Shown here piece after piece: positions 37,534 to 46,666 of a stretch of 64,000 nucleotides of DNA (position 1 is the stretch's first letter; each line of letters starts with the position of its first letter). The stretch covers positions 1-64,000 of the forward strand of contig JBBFKW010000008.1 of NCBI GenBank assembly GCA_037481835.1, written 5' to 3'. The position numbers and the translations under genes were made by a program. The stretch comes from Desulfosoma sp. (GTDB taxonomy: Bacteria; Desulfobacterota; Syntrophobacteria; Syntrophobacterales; DSM-9756). The notes beneath the pieces are model-generated. The model did no database searches. It saw nothing but the letters and a program-made list of their open reading frames with translations, and was not told where the DNA came from.

Positions 37534-38283
37534 ATGCACCGAGTTTCTCATTCCTTTTTGTCAAGGATCTCCGCTGCCGCCATGGCGGCGGTCGTGCTTT
37601 TCGCCATGGCGCCGGAAAGCCGTGCCGCCGACAACGCCCCCCTTCAAAAACTCGTCGCCAACATCCATTGGCTGGGCCACGACGCCTTTCGCATCGACGG
37701 CAACGATGCGGTCATCTACATCGACCCCTACCGGCTCAAGGGCGGCCCTGCGGCCGACTTGATCCTCGTCACACACGATCACGCCGACCACGCATCCCCG
37801 GCTGATGTGGAAAAGATCCGCAAGGCGGATACGGTCATCGTGACCACGGCCGCTGCGGCATCGAAATTTTCCGGAGAGGTCCGAACGGTCAAACCCGGCG
37901 ATGAAATCAGCGTGAAAGGGGTCGGCATCCGTGCCGTTGCGGCCTACAACCTCACCAAGTTTCGAAGTCCGGGAGTGCCCTTTCATCCCAAGGAAGCCGG
38001 CCACGTGGGGTTCGTCGTCACGGTGGACGGGGTCCGGATCTATCATGCCGGAGATACGGACCTCATTCCGGAAATGGCGGGACTCGCCCCGGATGTGGCG
38101 CTCCTTCCGGTAAGCGGCACCTACGTGATGACCGCAGAGGAGGCCGTGGAAGCGGCGGCATCCATCGGCCCGAAGGTGGCCGTCCCGATGCATGTGGGGG
38201 AAGGGATCGGTACCTTGGAAGATGCCGCACGTTTTAAGTCCAAGGCCGGCGTTCCCGTGATCGTTCTTCCCATGGAAAAATGA
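37534..38283 (+). CDS. Metallo-beta-lactamase-fold hydrolase (UPF0173-like), probably exported
   Basis: WLGHDAF, IDPY, THDHADH, YHAGDT, LLPVSG, PMH; N-terminal signal-like segment. Confidence 0.88.
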   Translation: MHRVSHSFLSRISAAAMAAVVLFAMAPESRAADNAPLQKLVANIHWLGHDAFRIDGNDAVIYIDPYRLKGGPAADLILVTHDHADHASPADVEKIRKADTVIVTTAAAASKFSGEVRTVKPGDEISVKGVGIRAVAAYNLTKFRSPGVPFHPKEAGHVGFVVTVDGVRIYHAGDTDLIPEMAGLAPDVALLPVSGTYVMTAEEAVEAAASIGPKVAVPMHVGEGIGTLEDAARFKSKAGVPVIVLPMEK

Positions 38284-38298
38284 CCCAAGGAGCCTCCC

Positions 38299-39411
38299 AT
38301 GACGAGCCGAGGATTTTCCGGAAAATTGCTCGAACCTTTTCCCCTGGGCGACTTGGCGCTCAAGAACCGAGTGGTCATGGCGCCCATGACGCGGTCCCGG
38401 GCCGGCGAAGAACGTCGCGCCAATCCTCTCATGGCCGAATACTACGCCCAACGGGCTTCAGCGGGCCTGATCATTACGGAAGCGACGGTTGTTTCCAAGC
38501 AAGGCATCGGCTGGCTGAACACCCCCGGCTTGTATCATAACGAGCAGGCCCTTGCGTGGCGGCTCGTCACGGATGCCGTGCACGCCCACGGAACGCCCAT
38601 CTTTGTGCAGCTTTGGCATTGCGGGCGAGCGTCCCACAGCAGCTTTCAGGAAAACGGCGCCCTTCCGGTCGCCCCGTCGGCCGTCAAGCTGAACGGCGAC
38701 ACCCTTCGCACGCCCATCGGCAAACAGCCTTATGAAACCCCGAGGGCTTTGGAGACGGAGGAAATTCCAGGCATTGTGGAAGACTATCGAAAAGCGGCCG
38801 AACGGGCCAAGGAGGCCGGCTTCGACGGGGTGGAAATCCATGCCGCAAACGGCTACCTCATCGACCAGTTCCTCCAATCGCGCACCAATCACCGCACGGA
38901 TCGCTACGGCGGCAGCGTGGAAAACCGATACCGGTTCCTGGACGAGGTGGTTCGCGCGATCCTGACGGTTTGGCCCTCCTGGCGCGTCGGGGTGCGCCTC
39001 TCTCCCAACGGCGTCTTCAACGACATGGGATCCCCGGATTTCCGGGAAACTTTTCTCTACGCCGCGCGACAGCTCGATTCCCTGAACCTCGCTTACCTCC
39101 ACATCGTCGACGGGTTGGCTTTCGGCTTCCACGGCCTTGGCGATCCGATCACACTGCAGGAATGCCGCACCGTTTTTCGAGGCCCGCTCATGGGCAACTG
39201 CGGCTACACGCGCGAATCGGCGGACGCCGCCATCGCCGAAGGCCATGCGGATCTCATTTCCTTCGGCCGCCCGTATCTCAGCAATCCGGACCTGGTGGAA
39301 CGCTTCGCCAACAACTGGCCCCTGAATCCCGAGGCCGACCCTCGAGTGTGGTATTCCTTCGACGCCGTCGGCTACACGGACTTTCCCCGCTACGGGGAGG
39401 CCCACGCCTGA
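38299..39411 (+). CDS. nemA: Old yellow enzyme-family alkene reductase (NemA-like)
   Basis: MAPMTRSR, YYAQRASAG, QLWHCGR, EIHAANGYLIDQF, NPDLVER. Confidence 0.88.
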   Translation: MTSRGFSGKLLEPFPLGDLALKNRVVMAPMTRSRAGEERRANPLMAEYYAQRASAGLIITEATVVSKQGIGWLNTPGLYHNEQALAWRLVTDAVHAHGTPIFVQLWHCGRASHSSFQENGALPVAPSAVKLNGDTLRTPIGKQPYETPRALETEEIPGIVEDYRKAAERAKEAGFDGVEIHAANGYLIDQFLQSRTNHRTDRYGGSVENRYRFLDEVVRAILTVWPSWRVGVRLSPNGVFNDMGSPDFRETFLYAARQLDSLNLAYLHIVDGLAFGFHGLGDPITLQECRTVFRGPLMGNCGYTRESADAAIAEGHADLISFGRPYLSNPDLVERFANNWPLNPEADPRVWYSFDAVGYTDFPRYGEAHA

Positions 39412-39448
39412 AAACAGGAGCCCCGACGTTTTTGCACATCCCGGGTTC

Positions 39449-40261
39449 TTATCCGTTCCGTGTCCCCTTCCCTTTTGATTTCCTGGGAAACCAGGGGATA
39501 AAGGTGGAGGTCCGTTCCACGTAGTCTCGGTATTCGGGACGGGTTTCGGTCAGGGTTCGCTCCAAGAGGGTGACGCCGGAGACGCGAAGCAAAAGGAACG
39601 TGATCAGGGCGGGAGAAACGAAGGTCCATCCGCCGCCGGGGACGGAGAGGGCGATGAGGAACATTCCCCACCAGACCAGGGTTTCTCCGAAATAATTGGG
39701 GTGGCGGCTGTAGGCCCAGAGGCCCCGATCCATGACCTTCCCTCTATTTGCCGGATCTTTTTTGAACCGCAGGAGCTGGTAATCGGCGATGCTTTCGATG
39801 ACGATCCCCGCCAGGGCGACGGATCCTCCCACCAGGTCCGTCATCGTCAGATGATCGGGATAGGGAACGAGGCACGCCCACTGGACCGGCAGGGCGATGA
39901 TCCACAGCAGGACCGCTTGCAAGCCGAAAACCGCAAAGAGGCTCACCCTGGGAAACGCCGCGCCGTGCTTTTCCCGCATGGCCCGGTAGCGCGGATCCTC
40001 TCCCTTTCCCCAGCTGCGGTAAGTGATGTGGGCACATAACCGAAGGCCCCACAGGGTGGTCAGCCCCACGACCAAAAGGGTGCGCCGCCCGTATCCGGGC
40101 CCCAAGAACGCCGCAACCCACGCCACGACGACGAATCCCAAACCCCAGAAACGATCGGCCAGAGAAGCGTTTTTTTTGATCACCGTGAAGGGCCACAAGC
40201 CGATCATGAGGATCAGCGCGGCCGCAAGCGATGAAGTGAAAACAAGGGTTACGGGCGCCAT
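39449..40261 (-). CDS. DUF1295 / steroid 5-alpha-reductase-like membrane protein
   Basis: LWGLRL, GEDPRY, IADYQL, GLWAYSRHPNYFGE, YRDY..RTS.FIPW. Confidence 0.88.
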   Translation of the reverse strand: MAPVTLVFTSSLAAALILMIGLWPFTVIKKNASLADRFWGLGFVVVAWVAAFLGPGYGRRTLLVVGLTTLWGLRLCAHITYRSWGKGEDPRYRAMREKHGAAFPRVSLFAVFGLQAVLLWIIALPVQWACLVPYPDHLTMTDLVGGSVALAGIVIESIADYQLLRFKKDPANRGKVMDRGLWAYSRHPNYFGETLVWWGMFLIALSVPGGGWTFVSPALITFLLLRVSGVTLLERTLTETRPEYRDYVERTSTFIPWFPRKSKGKGTRNG

Positions 40262-41646
40262 GGGCCGGAACTCCTTTCCGACAAAGCGCGGCGAAGCGCC
40301 GCGTGCGTTTTTCGATCCAGGGGATAGGCCCATGCCACGGCCATGGCAAAGGCGTTGCAAAGGCTCGGCACCAGGGCATACAGGAGGCGCAGCCGCACCA
40401 GGACCGGTTCGCTCTGCACCACGTTGGGTTCGTACCCGGCGTGGCCCAGAAGCATCAAGGCCGCTCCCACACCCACCGCCGCCGCCAGTTTCTTTGCAAC
40501 AGACCAAACGCCAATGTAAAACCCTTCCAGCCGCTCTCCGGTGAGCCACTGATGATAGTCGATGACGTCGGCCTGCATGGCAGACGGCAAAGCGACCGTC
40601 CCGCCGAAGCCCATGCCGGAGAGGAAAACCAGCCCGGCATAGAGCACCTCATCCCCGCGGCCGAGGAAAAAGACTCCCGCGAAGGCGCTCGTGTTGATCG
40701 CCATGGCGGCCATCCACGCTTCCTTCTTTCCGAAAGCGGTCGCCAATCGAATCCAGGCGGGAAGGAAGACGATCCCGGTCACGAAGTAGATCATGAGGTA
40801 CACATCGGCCTTGGCAGACCCCAAGACATACTGGACATAATAGAGAATCAAGGTTGCCGGCAGGTTGCTCCCGAAAGCACTCACCGTGTAAGCAAATAAG
40901 AGAATCACGAACGGACGGTTTTTGAGCGACGCTTTGAGGTTTTGCCGGAAGCTCAACGGAGCCGCAGGCCATGAGCCCAGGGGGTGTCTTTCGTGCACGC
41001 GTGTTGCGCACACGATGCACGCCGCAACGAGAAACGGGGCGTAGAGGGCTCCCATGAGCCGAAACGTGGTTCGCTCCCCTTCCCCAGTCTCCGGAAGCGG
41101 AAGGAAGGCCCCGAGCAGCGCCGGAAAAGCGGCCGCCATCAGGATGCCCGCAAGGACGAACCCGTCTCGAAGGCCGAGCAGGCGTGTTCTTTCGTCGTAG
41201 TCCAGAGTGATTTCAGGACCCAGGGCTTCATAAGGGACTTCCACGATCGTCCAGAAAAGAAAGACGGCGAAAACGCATATGGAGAACCACCATCGAAGGG
41301 GATCCCCGGACCATGCCGGGGGATGGAACAACCCCCAGAGGGACGCCGCCAGAGGAAAGGCTCCGAAAAGGATGTAGGGGCGTCGTCGTCCCAGGGACGT
41401 TCGAGTTCGGTCGGAAATCCAGCCGCATAGGGGATCGCTCAAGGCGTCGAAAAGCCGGACGGCCAGAAGGACCGATCCGGCGCTGGCCGCCGAAAGGCCC
41501 ATGACATCCGTGTAAAATTTAGGCATATAGACGTAGACGGGAATGCCCACGACGGCCAATGCGAGGGCCGGCAGAGCGTAGCTGATGCGCAAACCGAGGC
41601 GGACCCGCTCGGATGGGTCCACGGCAGAGGGAAGGGAGCGGTCCAT
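40249..41646 (-). CDS. GPH-family (Na+/melibiose symporter-like) MFS transporter
   Basis: RLFDALSDPLCG.ISDR, GRRRPY, PYEALGPEIT.DYDERT, MQADVIDY; about 12 hydrophobic segments. Confidence 0.88.
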   Translation of the reverse strand: MDRSLPSAVDPSERVRLGLRISYALPALALAVVGIPVYVYMPKFYTDVMGLSAASAGSVLLAVRLFDALSDPLCGWISDRTRTSLGRRRPYILFGAFPLAASLWGLFHPPAWSGDPLRWWFSICVFAVFLFWTIVEVPYEALGPEITLDYDERTRLLGLRDGFVLAGILMAAAFPALLGAFLPLPETGEGERTTFRLMGALYAPFLVAACIVCATRVHERHPLGSWPAAPLSFRQNLKASLKNRPFVILLFAYTVSAFGSNLPATLILYYVQYVLGSAKADVYLMIYFVTGIVFLPAWIRLATAFGKKEAWMAAMAINTSAFAGVFFLGRGDEVLYAGLVFLSGMGFGGTVALPSAMQADVIDYHQWLTGERLEGFYIGVWSVAKKLAAAVGVGAALMLLGHAGYEPNVVQSEPVLVRLRLLYALVPSLCNAFAMAVAWAYPLDRKTHAALRRALSERSSGPWRP

Positions 41647-42007
41647 GACGCAAAATCCTATACGCGATTGCGGGTCCTCACCCAATTGCGTGTCCAGCAC
41701 CGCCTCCGACCCGGCGCGCCGCATCGACCCCATGCCGGTGACGGTGCCCCCGGCGCGTCTCATGGCGGAACTGGAAAAGATCCTCACGGCCATGCCCCGC
41801 ACGACCATCGTCGAACGCCGGTCCGATTTCCTCCGAGCCGAAGTCCGAAGCCTCTTGGGCTTCGTGGACGATGTGGAATTCTTTGTGGATCCGTCGCATA
41901 ACCTTCTCCACATGCGTTCGGCATCCCGCACCGGGTATTGGGACCTGGGCGTCAACCGAAGGCGCTTGGAAACCGTCCGCTCCCAGTTACGGCGCCGCTT
42001 GGGATGA
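41645..42007 (+). CDS. DUF1499-family protein (120 aa)
   Basis: C.SSPNCVSS, GFVDDVEF, RSASR.GYWDLGVNR.R; GGGAG RBS. Confidence 0.85.
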   Translation: MTQNPIRDCGSSPNCVSSTASDPARRIDPMPVTVPPARLMAELEKILTAMPRTTIVERRSDFLRAEVRSLLGFVDDVEFFVDPSHNLLHMRSASRTGYWDLGVNRRRLETVRSQLRRRLG

Positions 42008-42019
42008 AACCGGTGCCCG

Positions 42020-42436
42020 TCACGTCAACCATCGGTCCAGCCGAAAGGCGACGGCGTTCACCACGGCGCATAACACCCCTCCCCAAGCCGTGTCGGCGAA
42101 ACTCAGCGGAACCGGCCAGCGGGCCAGGGTGGACAGGTTCGTAAAATCATAGACGCCGTAGAGCGTCACCCCGTAGAGAAACCCCCAAAGCAGGGCCGAT
42201 AACAGACCGAACTCGGGGTTGACCCGCGGCAGGGCAAAAAGGAGGATCCCCAGGGGGATCAGCAGGTACACGATCACAGCGGCCCACCACAGGGGGGCAA
42301 GGGCATCGCCGTTGCGCCGAGCCAGATCGCCGAGCTGCGCCTTGTAAAACTTGGGCATGATCAGGCCCAGGTAGCTGAGGTCGATGGCGAGAAAGATCGC
42401 GGTGGTGAGAACGTAGAGTTTCAGGGCATGCCACAT
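42020..42436 (-). CDS. DUF2177-family membrane protein
   Basis: IFLAIDL.YLG....FY..QLG, YGVYDFTNLSTL..WP....DT.WG. Confidence 0.82.
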   Translation of the reverse strand: MWHALKLYVLTTAIFLAIDLSYLGLIMPKFYKAQLGDLARRNGDALAPLWWAAVIVYLLIPLGILLFALPRVNPEFGLLSALLWGFLYGVTLYGVYDFTNLSTLARWPVPLSFADTAWGGVLCAVVNAVAFRLDRWLT

Positions 42437-42551
42437 GGAGCGCTCCTTTCCTCGAGAGCCTTGGCTTATCGGGAACAAGGGGTTACACAGACAAGCTAAG
42501 CGTCTTGAGCCCGTTTTCATCCCCTGACACCAAAAAAAGCGGAGCCTTTCC

Positions 42552-43826
42552 ATGAACCATCCACACGGCTGGAATATCGCGGTCATCGGGGCCGGCATCT
42601 CAGGCATCGCCGCGGCTTACGTTCTTCAGCGCGCACACCGGGTCACGATTTTCGAACGCAACGAATCCCTCGGGGGGCACACCCGCACGGTGGTCGTGGA
42701 CGACGGCTCCGACGCCGGACTTCCCGTGGATACAGGATTCATCGTTTTGAACGACCGCACCTATCCCTTGCTGCTCGCCTACTTCGACCAGCTGGGCGTG
42801 CGCCTGCGCAAAACCGACATGGCTTTTAGCTACTGGAACCCGACCCGCAACTTCTTTTATGCCGGAACCGGGTGGCGGGGCCTTCTGGCGCAGCCGAAAA
42901 ATATGGCGAATCCGAAGTTCTTGCGTCTTCTTTTGGGGATCGGCCGTTTCATGGCCACGACCAGACGGAGCCTCATGGAAGGATCCCTGCGGGGAATCAG
43001 CCTGGGTGATTATTTGGATCGACAAAGGTTTTCCAAAGAAGTGGTTCATGCTTTCGTCCTCCCCATGGCCGGCGCGATCTGGTCCACACCCGCCCGGGCG
43101 GTGGCTGCTTTTCCGGCCGAAGCCTTCGCCCGCTTCTACGAACATCACGGGCTGCTTTCCCTAAGGCGCCGTCCCCAGTGGTTTTTCGTCCACGGAGGCA
43201 GCCACAGTTACATCAAAGCTTTTCTGAAACGGTTCCAAGGAGAAGTGTTGACGCAGAAGGCCGTGGCCCGAGTGTTTCGCCATGAAGACGGCGTGGAGGT
43301 GTTGTGCGAAGACGGCGACCGTCGCCGTTTCGATGCCGTGGTTTTCGCCGCCCATGCTGACCAAACCCTGGCTATGATTGAAAATCCCGACCCTCGTGAG
43401 CGGGCTTTGCTTTCGGCGTGGCGCTACAACCGAAACCGAACCGTGCTCCACACCGATCCCAGCTATTTGCCGCCGAAATCCGCCGCGTGGGCGTCCTGGA
43501 ACTTCGTCGAAAGGCCCGGTTCCGACTCCGATCGGCGCCTTACGGTCACCTACTTCATGAACCGGCTCCAGGCCCTGCCGTCCGCGACGCCCTATTGTGT
43601 CACTTTGAACCCCTGGGCGGACCACCCGCCCCGAGGCGTCATCGCCGCCTTCGAAGACACGCATCCCATGTATACTTTTGAATCCATGGACACCCAGAAC
43701 GCCCTCCCGTCCCTGAACGGCCGGCATCGCAGCTACTTTTGCGGCGCCTACTTCGGGTACGGCTTCCATGAAGACGGCATCCGCTCCGCGCTGCAGGTGA
43801 CCCGAAACTTCGGATTGGATCTATGA
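42552..43826 (+). CDS. FAD/NAD-binding oxidoreductase (COG2907; UfaD/RSP1091-like)
   Basis: IAVIGAGISG, LGGHT.T, VDTGFIVLN.RTYP, AWASWN, VTY.MNRLQ, GAYFGYGFHEDG. Confidence 0.88.
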   Translation: MNHPHGWNIAVIGAGISGIAAAYVLQRAHRVTIFERNESLGGHTRTVVVDDGSDAGLPVDTGFIVLNDRTYPLLLAYFDQLGVRLRKTDMAFSYWNPTRNFFYAGTGWRGLLAQPKNMANPKFLRLLLGIGRFMATTRRSLMEGSLRGISLGDYLDRQRFSKEVVHAFVLPMAGAIWSTPARAVAAFPAEAFARFYEHHGLLSLRRRPQWFFVHGGSHSYIKAFLKRFQGEVLTQKAVARVFRHEDGVEVLCEDGDRRRFDAVVFAAHADQTLAMIENPDPRERALLSAWRYNRNRTVLHTDPSYLPPKSAAWASWNFVERPGSDSDRRLTVTYFMNRLQALPSATPYCVTLNPWADHPPRGVIAAFEDTHPMYTFESMDTQNALPSLNGRHRSYFCGAYFGYGFHEDGIRSALQVTRNFGLDL

Positions 43827-45820
43827 GCGCCCCCTCTTCTTTCCTGTTTTCGGGCATCGTCGAACACGAACGCCTGGAACCCGTCAAGCACGCCTTCCGC
43901 TACCCTGTGCGTGTCTTCGCCTTCGATGTGGACGACCTGCCCCGGCTCGGCGAGACCCTGGTCCTTTTCAGTCACAACCGGACCAATGTCACATCGCTGC
44001 ACGATAAGGATTACCTGGACGGCCGATCGGCACCAATCCGCCCTCGGCTGGAAAAGATGCTGGAAAAACGAGGCATCGCTCCCCCTTTCGGCCGTATCGT
44101 TCTCGTAACCTCGGCGAGGCACGGCACGCGGGTCTTCAATCCCGTGAGCTTCTACTATGTTTTCGATCCCCGGGGGGACCTCAAAACCGTCGTGGCGGAG
44201 GTGAACAACACCTTCGGCGAACGGCACCTGTACATCCTGTCCGAACCCCACCCGGATCCTCGAGGGGCTTTTCGACGCTACCACGCGGACAAGGTCTTTC
44301 ATGTGTCGCCCTTTCACGACATGTCGGGGCGCTACGAGTTTCTCTTCGGGGACATCCGTCGCGAACTTTCCATCGAAGTGAGATTGTGGAAAGAAGACCG
44401 CATGGTCTTTCGCGCGAGGCTGGAGGGCTCTGGAGAACCCTTGACAAACCGGGCGCTGGCCCGGTCGGTCCTCCGAGATCCCCTCTTGCCCCACTGGACC
44501 ATGCCCCGCATCTTGTGGCAGGCAGCACAGCTCTTTATAAGGAGGCGACTGCAGGTGTTTACCAAACCCACCGCGACCCACGAATGGACGTTGATCAAGA
44601 ACCCGCCCGGCGTCCTGGACAAGAGATTCGGCCGATGGTTTCTGGATCTTTTTTCTGCAGCCGAAAAAGGGGACCTGACCGTGACGCTTCCGGATGGAAC
44701 CCGCCACCGTTTCGGCACACCCGGCGACACACCCCATGCGGATCTCACCGTGCACGATCCTGGATTCTTCACGCGGGTTTTTTGGGCCGGGGATGTGGGC
44801 CTGGGAGAATCTTTCATGGACGGCATGTGGGACAGCACCGATCCCACGGCTTTTATCGCCTTTTTGATCCGCAACCGGGACGTGCTGGAAAACCGCCGGA
44901 GCACCGCCTCGAAACTCGCCGGGGTGCTGGATCGGCTGCGGCACCTGTCCCGGGCCAACACTCTCTTCGGGTCGCGGCGAAATATCCGGCGCCATTACGA
45001 TCTGAGCAACGAGCTCTTCGCGGCCTTTCTCGATCCTTCCATGACCTATTCCTGCGCCCTTTTCGAAAAGGACGGGGATGATTTGGAAGAGGCCCAGCGC
45101 CGAAAATTGCGACGCATCGCCCAAAAGGCCCGGCTCGGCCCGAACGACCACGTCCTGGAAATCGGGTGCGGCTGGGGAAGCTTTGCCGTGCTCGCCGCCC
45201 GGGAAACGGGCTGCCGCGTGACCGGCATCACGGTCTCCAAAGCCCAATGGGATTTCGCTCGGCAACGAGTTCGAGAAGCCGGGCTGGAAGACCGCGTGAC
45301 GATCCTCCTCCGGGACTACCGCCGAGTTCAAGGCCGGTTCGATAAGATCGTCTCCATCGAAATGCTCGAAGCCGTCGGGCACGAATACCTGCCCCGCTTT
45401 TTCCAGTGCTGCGAAAGGCTTCTCGCCCCGCACGGCCTTCTGGTCCTCCAAACCATCGCCATCCCCGACCATCGCTACGAACGCTATCGCAAAGGCTGCG
45501 ATTGGATCCAAAAATACATCTTCCCCGGCGGCATGCTCCCATCCCTCGGGGCGCTTTGTCAGGCCATGGCCGAAACATCCACCTTTTACGTGGAGTCACT
45601 GGAAAACATCGGGGTGCACTATGCCCGGACGTTACGGGAATGGCGTCTTCGGTTTGAAAAGAACCGAGAAGCCGTTCGACGGCTGGGTTTCGATGAGACC
45701 TTCCGGCGTATGTGGCTCTATTACCTGTGTTTCTGCGAAGCGGCCTTCGCCACGCGCACCCTGAACGACCTCCAATTGGTCCTGAGCCGCCCCAACAACC
45801 CCGCATTGGATGCCCCATGA
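43823..45820 (+). CDS. Fusion of DUF1365 (UfaO-like) and a cyclopropane-fatty-acid-synthase-family methyltransferase (UfaM-like)
   Basis: N-terminal HER..P..H.F.Y, FNPVSFY, EVNNTFGERH.Y, K.FHVSPF; C-terminal HYDLSN, DPSMTYSC, LEIGCGWG, SIEMLEAVG, YIFPGG, W.YYL..CEA.F, all in one frame. Confidence 0.9.
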   Translation: MSAPSSFLFSGIVEHERLEPVKHAFRYPVRVFAFDVDDLPRLGETLVLFSHNRTNVTSLHDKDYLDGRSAPIRPRLEKMLEKRGIAPPFGRIVLVTSARHGTRVFNPVSFYYVFDPRGDLKTVVAEVNNTFGERHLYILSEPHPDPRGAFRRYHADKVFHVSPFHDMSGRYEFLFGDIRRELSIEVRLWKEDRMVFRARLEGSGEPLTNRALARSVLRDPLLPHWTMPRILWQAAQLFIRRRLQVFTKPTATHEWTLIKNPPGVLDKRFGRWFLDLFSAAEKGDLTVTLPDGTRHRFGTPGDTPHADLTVHDPGFFTRVFWAGDVGLGESFMDGMWDSTDPTAFIAFLIRNRDVLENRRSTASKLAGVLDRLRHLSRANTLFGSRRNIRRHYDLSNELFAAFLDPSMTYSCALFEKDGDDLEEAQRRKLRRIAQKARLGPNDHVLEIGCGWGSFAVLAARETGCRVTGITVSKAQWDFARQRVREAGLEDRVTILLRDYRRVQGRFDKIVSIEMLEAVGHEYLPRFFQCCERLLAPHGLLVLQTIAIPDHRYERYRKGCDWIQKYIFPGGMLPSLGALCQAMAETSTFYVESLENIGVHYARTLREWRLRFEKNREAVRRLGFDETFRRMWLYYLCFCEAAFATRTLNDLQLVLSRPNNPALDAP

Positions 45821-45900
45821 GCACAGGGGCGCGGGAGAAATGCGGGGTTAAGCGAAGAAAAACCCAGCAAAAACCGTTACGGTTCCAAGCACCTGGGATT

Positions 45901-46551
45901 CTAGGGGGCTGCGCATCCGGAGGCGGCGACGGCGTGAAGCCCGCCGAGAGAAAACCGGACGATGTGGTCCGCCAGGCGCTCCATGAGTTCTTCCGAAAGG
46001 GGTTCCCGCAAGAGGTATTCCAGGTCCTCCGGGCGTACCGTGAAAACGGCCCGGCATTGATTGATGACGCTCAGCTCGCAAAAGAGGAGTTTTTCGTCGT
46101 CGGTGTCGAGCCCCGTGATTTCGGAAAGAAGGCTGAGAAGAAACATCCGCCTCGGTTCGATGAGTTTATGGAGGATGTTCCGGATGAGACCCGTGGGGTT
46201 GGCCAGTTCCTGGAAGTAGAGCCGGGTGAACTGCCCGCGCCGGCTCTTTTCCACGAAAGCCCGAAGAAGATGGCGGATCAAAAGCGAAAAACGCTCCTCG
46301 GGCGGACGATCGTGGGGCACCGAAAAGCCCTCCTGCATGTCTTTCTGGAAGGCATGTTTCCAAGCTTCCACGTAGAGGGCGGCCTTGTCCCCGAAGTAAT
46401 AGTTGGCCGCCGCACTGTTGGCTTTGGCCCGCCGGCAGATGTCGGCAAGGCGCGCCCCATGGAAGCCCTTTTCCGCAAAAACGTCACACGCCGCTTCCAA
46501 AAGACGCGTGCGGGTGGCCATTCCGTCCCGTCGCAGTCCCATGCCCTCCAT
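45901..46551 (-). CDS. TetR-family regulator with DUF1956-like C-terminus (YbiH/CecR type)
   Basis: TRTRLLEAA..VFAEKGF...ADIC..A.AN.AA.NYYFGDK..LY; C-terminal LADHIVRFSLGG. Confidence 0.87.
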   Translation of the reverse strand: MEGMGLRRDGMATRTRLLEAACDVFAEKGFHGARLADICRRAKANSAAANYYFGDKAALYVEAWKHAFQKDMQEGFSVPHDRPPEERFSLLIRHLLRAFVEKSRRGQFTRLYFQELANPTGLIRNILHKLIEPRRMFLLSLLSEITGLDTDDEKLLFCELSVINQCRAVFTVRPEDLEYLLREPLSEELMERLADHIVRFSLGGLHAVAASGCAAP

Positions 46552-46606
46552 GCCTTTCCAAAAAGAAGGATTTGACTTTTTGCGAACAACGATTTAAACG
46601 CCAAAA

Positions 46607-46624
46607 TTCAAATCGTCATTTGAA
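46607..46624. promoter_or_regulatory. Probable TetR operator palindrome
   Basis: TTCAAAT-cgtc-ATTTGAA in the AT-rich divergent spacer between tetR and the RND operon. Confidence 0.6.
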
Positions 46625-46666
46625 GTAAACGTTTGGATTTGTCAACCGTTTCCTTGGGGGTGCTCT

